Made by a program: the position numbers and the translations under genes. This document shows, in pieces, positions 38,163 through 48,559 of a DNA stretch of 64,000 nucleotides (positions are counted from its first letter, which is position 1; each line of letters starts with the position of its first letter). Origin of the DNA: Cyanophora paradoxa CCMP329 (lineage: Eukaryota; Plantae; Glaucophyta); the NCBI GenBank assembly GCA_004431415.1, contig QPMI01000522.1, forward strand, positions 248,001 to 312,000, in the 5' to 3' direction. Under the pieces are notes generated by a model. The model worked only from the letters and a program-made list of their open reading frames with translations, was not told the origin of the DNA and made no database searches.

Positions 38163-38340
38163 CTTGCCGGACGGTGGTTACTTTTGAGCCTTCCCGGAAT
38201 GTCCGATCGAGGGACAAACTCGGAATTTATAGCGTGTACCCCGGCGCTGACGTACCCGCGGCCGGCCCGCAAGCTCAGACTGCTCAGTGCTCGGCACCGC
38301 TGCATCGCAGCTGCTGTGGTAGAGCACATCCTGGTCACTT

Positions 38341-38389
38341 CCGGCAGTTAGGCAGCTGCCGGCAGTTACGCAACTTCCGCCGGCAGTTA
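38341..38389. promoter_or_regulatory. Triple CCGGCAGTTA motif (Myb-type TAACTG core) in a divergent promoter
   Basis: Three exact copies at 38341, 38359 and 38380 between ATGs at 38162(-) and 38452(+). Confidence 0.45.
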
Positions 38390-38451
38390 CGCGCAGGCGT
38401 CTCTTTCGACGTGCTGTATACGCAGTGTTCATCCAGTCTTGCTCACTACGA

Positions 38452-40241
38452 ATGGCCTTTGCGACCTGTCCACTCGGCGGCGGCGCTGCACCTGGCGGCG
38501 CGCGCGCTGCCTTCGGCATCGCGTCGACGTTGTGCGAGGCACGCGCCCCGCTGCAGGCCGCCCAGCGGCCGGTGCGCCTCGCTCCCAGTGGCGCGTTGGA
38601 TCGGCCGTGCTTGAGGCGGCCGGCGCCGCGGCAGGCCGGCGTCGTGTCTTGATCGTCGCGTCAAGTTCACTCGCGCCTTGCATTGCCTTCTGGGCTGCGC
38701 CCCGCTCTATGCGCCGATCACAACACACACACGCCGGCGCGTGTGTGCCCGCAGGAATGCATCGCCTCTCGACTCCTGGACTACTCGCCCGTGGAGTTCG
38801 CCGAGGACGCCGGCAACGTGCGCCTGCCACAACCGCGCCGCCTCTCGCCGATCGAGCCGCCCACAGGCGTTTGGCGGCGGCGTGCAGTCGCGTGCGAGCG
38901 GTTGCCGCAAGCATGCGCACGGGCGCCCCGCCCGCCTCCCAATCTGCCGAGCCGGACGGGGCGGGACCGCAGGGAGCCCTGAAGCCGGGCCTGCCAGAAC
39001 CGAAGGAGGGCGACACGTTGGAGATCGTCTGAGCCGACCTCCGCGCCGCCTCCGACGTGGCTCGCTACTCCCTGCTCGTTGAGGAATTGCCCAAGCGCAA
39101 GGTACCCCTACAGCTACCCGCACTCTCCGACACACCGTACCCCCTGACGCCTGGCACCCCGGCCCAGGGCGAGGCCCGCGACGTGGGCGGAGGGCAGTTC
39201 AATCGTTGAGTTCATCACGGAGGGGTAGCCCGACCCGACCCGCTTTCGATCTTGTACCCCCCTCACCCTCATCCCCCTGCAGGATGTACGACGGGTATGT
39301 GCGGAATTCGAAGAGAGACGGCATCCGCGCACCCCGTCCCGCCCTAGGCCTCCCCCCGTCCCGCTCCCGTACCCCCCCCCCCCTCCCCTCCGTCCCGCTC
39401 CACCCGAGGGAGGCTGAGCCTTGAAGCCCGTCAAGATCTGTAACTGCGTCTGTAACTACGGAGCCCCGGCGGGGCTCAGCACTTGCAATTGCACCCTGGC
39501 GGTGCGGAAGAGTTACGCCCATCGGCTGGCGGCTTACGAAAGTTCGCCCAAGAAGCTTTCGTGCGCTGTGCCCGTAACCCCCCCCCCCCCCGGCTCCTCT
39601 CGCGTCTCTCGCTCCTCTCGCCCCCTTTGAGCCGGCCCTCCGCGGCCGCGCAGGAACGTGAGCGACTAATGGCTGCCGCTCGTTCCGAGGCGCTAGTGCT
39701 TCGCTTCAAGTTTGCAAGATGCCGGGGCCGACTCTCGGCGAGGGGCCGGCCGAGGCGCTTCGCTTCAAGTTCTTTTAAATTTGCTTGCAATTTAAGTTTG
39801 CAAGATGGCGGGCGCCGGGGCCGGGGCGGGGCCGAGCCGGCCCAGGGCCTTCGATCCAGGCCTCCCCCAGCACGCTGGGCCGCATCGATCCCGTCGTCCT
39901 CCCCCCCCCTCGTTTCATTTCTTCGAATTCCTCCCTCCAGGGCCATCAGCCGCCTCTGCTGGGGGTGCCGGCCGCGGGGGAGCCCAGGAGGCGGGCGCGG
40001 CGCGGCGGCGCTGAAGAGGACCCCCGGGCTGAGGTGCTCGCGCTTCGCGCCTCGAGGTCAAAAGATAGAAGGCCGCCGCTCCGCCCAGGAGCCCGCCTCG
40101 CGCTACGCGTCCTCAGTGACCGCCACCCCATAAGGCCCTCAACCCTTATCTCCTCGGCCCGGGCCCGGGCCCGGGCCCGGGCGGAGGCCTGCTAGCGCCC
40201 GGTCCCTCGGGGCGCAGTCCCGCGGCGAGGAGTCAGCCTGA
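38452..40241 (+). CDS. Spliced hypothetical protein, possibly plastid-targeted
   Basis: Starts MAFATCPLGGGAAPGGARAAFGIAST.. (Ala/Arg-rich, Phe at position 3); GT/GC..CAG-bounded exons; last junction ..AEEDPRAE|SRGEESA*; internal exon structure not resolved. Confidence 0.45.
40061..40153 (+). repeat. Intronic dispersed repeat, copy 2 (partner at 9713-9820)
   Basis: Colinear alignment with 9713-9820; lies in the predicted last intron of the 38452-40241 gene. Confidence 0.75.
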
Positions 40242-40425
40242 GCATCCAGCTATAGGAAGAAATTGTACTTTCTACGAGGCCGACTTTCTTGTACCAATTT
40301 GTATTTGTACTTGTATTTCGTGCTGTCTGGTTGCAGTTCGAATTCGCTAAATCATGATTTCACAGTTATACAGCGCCCTACGTATACGCCTGCAAGCATT
40401 TGGCCATGGTGGCTTGGGCATCAAG

Positions 40426-43400
40426 CTAAAGACACCGATCGCGATCGCGAGGTCGACTAGTACTGTGGCACGCAGCCGAACGCCTCCATCCGCTTGTCTG
40501 GCGCGGCGCCGACTCCGCGTCAGCCCGGCGCTCGAGCGCTCGCTCATGGTCGCGATCGCGGGGATCGAGATCGATATCCGGATCCGGGCCAGTATGGCCC
40601 GGGGCCATGGGCGCACAGTACGTTAGGCAGAGGAAGGCGTGCTCCTCGCGCGCCGCCTCTCCCCCGCAGAACCGCGCCCAGTCCCGCCGCCTGGCCCCAA
40701 GGAGGCAGAAATTCAGCACAAATAAATTAAACATATACAAGTGATCATGATTCCAAACAGTGAATCTCACTCACCAGATGTTGCAGTAAATCTCGCGCTG
40801 ATCCTTCGAATTCGAATTTAATTATCATAGTATGAATTCGAAACGCGAATGCGAGGCCGTCGCGATAGAATGCTGACCGGGTCGGGGCGCCGGCTGCAGT
40901 GCAGTTTGTCCAGATGCGCCTCTGCAGAGAGAAATTCGGGCCGGCGCAGGGGAGGTCTAGAGGCCCGCAAATTAAAGGCCTCGGGATGGGGCGCGCGCGC
41001 GCGGACCGGCGTCCTGGCAGGACCTCCTGTGGGTGGGGAGGCGGAGGACGTAGGGGTCCGACTCGTTCATGCAGTACGTGATCCAGTGCGAGCGCCTGCA
41101 TGCGCGATATCAATAGACGCTGGCATCAAATTGAATTAAATCGAGGCTGGCGCGTAAATTTAATCTGCAGCTGCAGCTTTAATTGCTGAAGGCGACAGAT
41201 CTAGACGTCGACGCGGCGATTGTTAATTAATTACCAGAACGTGCACCACGAGTCCTCTTCGAATTCGAATCTCTGCCTCTGCGCATTCTTTTAAATATGC
41301 TTGCAATTTAAGCTTAAGCTTGTTCGAATTCCGGATCCAAATGCAGCTTACTGAAGCCTCGTTCTCGACGAGTTCGATTGCGCCGGGAGCGCGGAGCTCC
41401 GAATTAGATTGCGAGCTGGCCGTCTGCAGCTGTGCTCGCGCACAGTGCAACGTCTGCATCCTCAGTTCTGCGTTGAGGAGGAATATTAATTAATTACAGC
41501 GCTCGCAGCTGCAGCCTGTGATTAATATCCGAGATCTCGAGAAGCTTTAGCTCACCCGTGCTCTTGCAGTACAATTCCAGGCCCCGGCGCTCCCTCTCGC
41601 GCACGCGCGCGGCTCCACCTCGGCACTTTTCCGTCAACTCTCCGCCCCTGCGCATGCGCATGCGCATGCCGCGCCCCCGGCCAGGAGTCAGAGACGGGTA
41701 CGGGCCCACGCACGCGGTCCCGGCTCGGCTGTATAAAAATTCGCTCACAACCGAGTGCACAGCGCCTTGCGAAGCTCCTGCGAAAAACGCGTTATCGCAT
41801 CCATCCCAGCTCTCATCGAAATTTGCGAAATTTAAGATTGAGCTCCGATTTCGCACCGGGTCCGGCTCCAAGCCGCAATGCAGCTCTTTCAGCTTGGCAT
41901 CTGCGCTGGAAATTATAATCTAGATCTGGAGCTGGGGACAGAATGTTCGCCGACGTCGACGTCGACGGTGATGATTATAATTAAATATTAAGGGCCAACC
42001 TAACCTAAGGATCCAACCCAAGGGCCTCCTAATTATATAAGGAGCCAACCTAAGGGCCTCGAGCTCTCGTTTCCCCCCAAGCCCGATATCGACATCGATA
42101 CTCACCGACGTCGGCGCAGAAGGCGCGGTACACGCCGACGCGGTAGGGGTTCGTCTCGTTCGTGCAGTACACCACCCGCTGCACGAGCCTGGCACCGTGG
42201 CACGCGTACGTGAATGCAGTATACGTAAGAGATCGATAAGAAACCTGCAGCTGCAGGCGGCGCACCAGAACCTGCATCCAAACTGCGAAGGCGGTCACCG
42301 AAATTCATTTCAGGAGGCTTCCGATCGATTCAATAAAAGAGCTCGATTAATATTGAATATTCCGGTGCCGAACGCGAACTGTCCTCGCACCGGACTTGCA
42401 ATTGAGACTTCGAGCTCCGACATCGACGCGCCGTCGACGTCCACGTCGGCGTCGGCGTCCTCGCCATGCTCGCCGAGCTCGCCGATGTGGGGCCGCGGGC
42501 GCGGGCGCCGGAAGGCCGAGCCGAGGACGTCCGCGCAGGCGAGGGCGCCCTCGGCCTCCTCCACCGCCTTCCGCGCCAGCCGGCTAGCGCCCCCTGAGCA
42601 GACCCGAAATTCTAGAATTTTAATCGGGCGCGAACGCTAGAAATTATAATTAAAGCCGCGGCCCGACGGCGCACCCTGAAGGGTCTGCAGCTGGTGCAGG
42701 TCGCGCAGGAATTCGCACGCCTCGGTCATCTTCGCATCCCGCAGCTGCGGCGGCGGGTGCATCATGCATATGATCGTAGCCGGCCTCGATCGGGAAATAT
42801 CTCTAAATGAGCTCTACATCGAGATCTAGATCTAGATCTCGCACACCTCGTATTCGTTCAAGCCCGGCGCATACCAAGCGCTAGCGCGCGAAGCGAAGGA
42901 GCCCGAGCGATCGCGATCAGAGTTGCAGTCGAGGATCTGCGCCGGCAGCCCGGCCCGGCCCGGCCCCGCCCGCGCAAGCTCAGTCAGCACGCGCAAGCGC
43001 AGATCTAGATCTAGAGGCGAACGATACGACGAGGAGGACGAAAGCGGTGCGCACGTCCTCGATATTCGCGACGGCGCTGCAGGGCTGATCGTTGGCGGCC
43101 CGGCGCGCCGCGGTCCCGCACGCCAACGCCCAGACGAGGCGGCTGCGAAAATCGCAAGCGTGCCGACGTCGACGTCTAGATCTCACTCAAAATTTATAAT
43201 TAAATTTAAAGCGCGCGAGATCGATCGATCTAGATCTAGAGCGGGCACAGAAGCGCGGAAGCGAGGCTCGCATTCTGCGGCAGGCCAGGGCGCCCGGAGA
43301 GGTATCGACGTCGGAATTCGCGATCGAGCCCTCGTCGATGTCGGGGTCGATGTCCTGAGCATATGCATACGCCGGCCGCGGCAGCTCCTGGGCGCGCGCG

Positions 43401-43625
43401 CGCTGGATCAGGCGCCGCGCAAGGGCGGGATCTATTTATGAGATCAAGAGGTCTTCTTGCCTGGAGCGGGCGACCGAAGACGGACGCGCCCGGCGCGCCG
43501 AGCTCGCCCCCGCTACGCGCGCCGATCTCGAGCTGCCGGGTCGCACCGGCGTCGTCGCCGGTCGCGGCGATCGCAGCTGCGGAGACTGCGAGCGCGAGAA
43601 CGAGGAGCGCGGCGCGCGTGGTCAT
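40426..43625 (-). CDS. Secreted or lumenal hypothetical protein with AT-rich introns; weak fucosyltransferase-like (GT-B) hints
   Basis: Signal peptide MTTRAALLVLALAVSAAAIAA; coding-like exons RVVYCTNETNPYRVGVYRAFCADV and AVHSVVSEFLYSRAGTACVGPYPS; 3' end uncertain. Confidence 0.4.
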
Positions 43626-43667
43626 CGTGCACTTTGCAAGTCCCGGGTACGCCGATTCCTGGGCGCG

Positions 43668-46021
43668 ATGCCGGGGCCGGCGCGAGCCATCGTGTGGTTC
43701 CGGTGCACGGCGCTAGCTCCTCGCAACTAGCCCGCTGCAGCTGAGCGCGGGCCTGGGGCGCGCGTAGGTCCAACCTTCGACTGCACGACAACGAAGCGCT
43801 GACGCTGGCCGCGGCCTGCAGCCACCTGCTGCCCGTATATGTGCGTGCAAGTCACCCGTGGGAACGGCGCTTTCGTTCGAACCGAGCGCGCTCGGCACGA
43901 GCCGCCGCCCGTCGCACGTGCCCCGGCCCGCGGGTCTACCTCTACCGCGAAGGAAGCCCCAGCGCTGGAATCTAGAAGCGCGATCTATCTTCCAGTCGCG
44001 GCGCTGCGCGGCGCTGGCGCGCGTACGCCTCGGCCTCGCCATATCCGGGGGCCCGATCAGCGCCGCGCCCTCGCGCTCGAGCCAGCGCGCGCCCCGGCCC
44101 ACGCCAACGCCGCCCCGACCGCAGGTCTTCGACAAGCGGATCTTTGGGGCGCGCTCGCGCTGGTTCGACCAGGAGAAGACCGGCGCGCACCGCGCCCGCT
44201 TCCTCATCGAGTGCCCGCGAGCACGCGCACGCGCTCCGAGGCTCGCAGCGCGCCGCTCACGCCCCGCGCGCCGCGCAGGGCTGTGGAGGACCTGCGGGCG
44301 TCGCTGCGACGGATCGGCAGCGACCTGCACGTCGCCGTCGGGAAGCCGGAGGACATCATCCCGTCACTCTGCGAGCGGCCCGCCCCCGCCCCCGCCCCCG
44401 CCCTCGCCGTCGCCCTCGCGCTTCCACCTGATCCTCGTCCTGAGGCGCGCGCGCGGGGGGGTACCGCAGGTTCCGAGTGGAGCGGGTGCTGACGCAGGGC
44501 GAGGACTGCAGCGAGGAGGCCGAGGTCGAGCGCGGCCTCCAGCGGCGCCTCGCCGCCCTGCGGCCCCCCGCCTCCCTCGAGACGGTCCGGCCCGCTCTGA
44601 CGTCAGATCGGATCAGATCTGATCTGACCTGAGCCTTTGCCACCTCAGGTGAGGGACGCGACGATGGTGGACGCGCGTGACGTTCCCTTTGCTGTACCCC
44701 GCGGCCTCCCCGAGGTCTTCACGTCTTTCCGCAAGGTCCTATAGAATTCTTTCTTTCTTTCTCTCTACGTCTTAGCTTCCGCAATCTTTAATCTCCGACT
44801 AGATCGTGGAGGAACGGAGCGAGGTGCGGGCGCCGCTGCCCACGCCGGCCACTCTACCCCCCCTCCCCGAGGACGCCGCTGGGGCCCGCCCCGAGCCCGG
44901 CGACGTACCCCCCCTCGCCTCCTTCCGCCTCGCTTCCCCCCCTACCCCCCCTCCGGCCCCGACCTCCAGCGTCTCCGGAAAACCCGTACCCCCCGACGCG
45001 GCCTTCGAGGGGGGCGAGACGGCGGCTCTTAGGAGGCTGAAGGAGTACCTCTGGGACAAGGACCTCCTCAAGGCGTACAAGGAGACGCGGGACGGCATGC
45101 TCGGCGCCGACTACAGCAGCAAGGTGTACCCCCCTCCTACCCCCTCCCCGCCCTTCTTCCCGTCTCACCGTACCCCCTTCCCAAGTTCTCGCCCTGGCTG
45201 GCGGCTGGGTGCCTCTCCGCGCGGCTCGTGTACGCGGAGGTCCGCCGCTACGAGCGCGAGCGCGTCGCCAACCAGAGGTCCGCCCCCTTTCTTCCTCCCC
45301 CCGCCTCCCGCTCCGTCTAGGCTAAATTTAGATCGGTGGCCTTGCGCTTCTTTGAGCTCGCCGGCTCCGCATCTAAACGGGTACCCCCTAGCACGTACTG
45401 GCTTATCTTCGAGCTCCTCTGGCGCGACTTCTTCCGCTTCCTCGCCGCCAAGGTGCGCCGTACCCCCTCCGCTTCCCCCCTACCCCCCCGTCCGCCTCTC
45501 CTCCCGGCCCGACCGGTACCCCCCGGGGCAGCACGGGGACCACCTCTTCTTCCGGGCGGGGATCAAGCGGACGGGGTACGCCTGGCGCGAGGACGCCGCC
45601 CTCTTCGACGCGTGGGTCGCCGGCCGGGTACGCGTCCCGTACCCCCCTTCTCTCTCCCCCCCCAAACGGTCCCGCAGACGGGTATGCCGCTGGTGGACGC
45701 GGCGATGCGGGAGCTCGCGGCCACGGGCTTCATGTCCAACCGCGCACGCCAGGCAAGCCGGCGCCGGCCAGCCCCTCCGATGAGGCCCGGCCGGCTGTAG
45801 CGCTAGCCGGCTGTCACCAAGTGCCTATAAATAGATCTCTTCACGCCCCCCCCTCCCCCCTTCAGCCTCGATGAGGCCTGAGCTGGCTGTCGCCGAGTAC
45901 CTATAAATTGATCTTCATCTTCTCACACCTACCCCCTCAGAACGTGGCCAGCTACCTCGCCAAGGACCTCGGCATCAACTGTACCCCCCCGCGCGCTCCG
46001 TCTCTCTACCCGGCGCCCCTG

Positions 46022-46056
<35 letters not shown>

Positions 46057-47092
46057 CCCCGCTCCCTTCTTTCAGGGCAGATGGGTGCCGAGTACTTCGA
46101 GGCTGTTCTGCTCGACTACGACCCGGCCTCCAACTGGGGGAATTGGTACCCCTCCCCCTCCTTCGTTCGCCACGCTGAGCGCTGAACGCACGTACCCCCA
46201 GGCAGTACGTGGCGGGCGTGGGGAACGACCCGCGGGAGGACCGGCGGTTCAACATCACTAAGCAGGCGCGCCCCCGCCCGTCCTCGCATTCGCGTACCCC
46301 GGCCTCGATCGCGACGCCCCCCCCCCTCCTCCCCCCCTTCTCCCCCCCCGGCAGGCGAAAACGTACGACGCGGAAGGCGACTTCGTTCGCCGGTGGATAC
46401 CCGAGCTCCGGAGGTGCGGCTACCCCCCCCCCCTTCCCCCGGCCTGGATCGGTTCCCCGTATACGTACCCCTCCTGACCATCGCCGGCCTTCCCCCCGCC
46501 CGCCGCGCAGACTCCCGGCCTCGAGGATACAGTGCGAGCCTCCCGGCACACGCCCTCTGCTCGCGCCGCGGGGGCGCCTTAGATCTAGACCCGACGATCT
46601 GCGCGTCCAGGCGGTTCCTGCCCCTCTAGCTATATATAGCTTGCTCCTTCAGATCTGCGCGCTCGGCGCCCCCCCCCCCCCCCCTCCTCCCCCCCCCCCC
46701 TCCCCCCGGGCGCTCGCACTCGCCTCACGGTCGGGCTCGCCGCCCCGCAGCGAGCCCTGGACCCTTTCCTCCGAGGAGCAGGCCGCCTACGGCGTCACCC
46801 TCGGTACCCCTAGCCTCCCTCCTGTGCACTTTTGCGTACCGCCCTCACCCCCGGGGTCCTTGACAGGCGTGGACTACCCCTGCCCCTCGTGCCCCGCTGG
46901 CCTTTCGGCCGCAGTCCGGGGGTACGGCGGCGGCGGGCGCCAGGGGGCGCGGGGGCGGGGCGGGGCCTCAGGGGCGGGCGCGGGGCTGGCCGCGGCGGCG
47001 GCGGCGGCGGCGGCGGGGCGCCGCAGAAATACGGCGGGCCGAAACCGAACGAAGGTGCTTTTGGAGGCTCGAGCGCGAGGGGCCGCCGGTGA
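43668..47092 (+). CDS. CRYD: Cryptochrome DASH (photolyase/cryptochrome family) with Gly/Arg-rich tail
   Basis: AIVWFR|[56 protein letters not shown]|[53 protein letters not shown]|[18 protein letters not shown]|[21 protein letters not shown] (DASH-specific). Confidence 0.95.
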
Positions 47093-47727
47093 CTGCACCG
47101 CGGCGCACGAGGCGGCCGCGCCGGGGCTGCCCGGCCGGCGCGGCGCGCGCGCGGTCGACATCGACATTAACGTCACCCTTCAAGACGCTGATCCTCATTC
47201 GATTGCAGTCAATTTGCAGACAACAAGCCCGATCGAGGCTCACGGCCGCGACGCGGGCGCCGGCCCAGCCCGGCCCCGCGCCGTGCGCGCGCGCCGTGGG
47301 CCCGCGGCCCGCGACCGCATGCAGGCCCGGACCGCCCGGTGCGCGACCGTGCGCCCCTTCGCAAAAGAATCGCAATTTGCAATGCGCACAGTATGATCCA
47401 GCTAGATATCGATTGCAAACGTTAACTTGAAACTTGCAATCAAAAATAAATATTGCCGATCGAGCATATGCGCATGCACGAATATTAATCATCGAACTCG
47501 AAACAAAAAGTTCGCATTGCATGCGCGCGCGCGTGCGAATCGGTGCGATCGCGAAGCACTGATGAATGCCGCCAGAATGCGAAGCATTGCGAACCCCCTC
47601 GCGATCACTTCCTGCGCGTTTCGTTCCTCTAGTGCTATACCCCTCAGGGGAATCCTCAAAATTGGCTCGAACTCGAACTTCGAATTTCGAAGGCTCCGGT
47701 CCGAGACTCCGAGCGTGCAGCTGCAGG

Positions 47728-48233
47728 CAGTGATGGTATTCCGAATTAACCCAAAAATGGACCATTTCGGAAACGTTTCCGAAATATTTCGGAAATATTT
47801 CCGAAATATTTCCGAAATCAGGGGCCCCTCCCGAGGGCCCTTCTGCTGATGCCTGACGCTCCCTTTAACCTTCTTATGCTTTCCTTATTGGTAACAGTCC
47901 AGTTTCGTGTCTTCCGAATCATCAGAACATGCGACAGTACCAAAGGGAAATTCACACCTCGTACCCCCTGCCAGCCTTGTTGGCGGCTGAGTTCCGGTTC
48001 TAGACGTCTACGATAGACTCCTATCGTGTTATATAACCTTTCTATCACGTTTCCTATCATTTTAATGCGTTGTTTCGCCGTGTTTCGCGCAAAATGTGGC
48101 AAAACGAAAGTACCCCCCCTTTATTAGAAACAATTCCTAATTAGGGGGGTCTCTCGGGACCTTTTCGGAAACAATTTCGAAATTGATTTCGAAATTGTTT
48201 ATAGAAATGTTTCTAGAAAAAATGCCATCACTG
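47728..48233. mobile_element. Non-autonomous hAT-type DNA transposon (MITE), 506 bp
   Basis: TIRs CAGTGATGGTATT / AATGCCATCACTG; perfect 8-bp target duplication GCTGCAGG at 47720-47727 and 48234-48241; subterminal TTTC(C/G)GAAA arrays at both ends. Confidence 0.9.
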
Positions 48234-48559
48234 GCTGCAGGCGCCGGCTGCGCATGCGCGCGCGGCGTTGCAAGTTGCGCCGCTTGCGCGCATGCATATG
48301 CCCCTCGGCGCGGGCCGCTTTGCAAGTTGCCGGCAACTTGCCGCAGTGCAGCTGCTCGGAGCCACACCACCTGCTCTGCAGCTGCAGCTCCATCAGCCTC
48401 CATGCCTGCAGCACCCGGCTGCAGCCGCGCGCTGAGCGAAAGCTGAGGCGGCCTTCCGAAGCTCAGCGGCAGGACCGGCGGCCCGGCCCGCGGCCGGCCG
48501 GCGCCCGCGAAGCTTCATACGTATACCGGCGGCGGCTCGCAGCCAGCCGCGGCCGAGAG

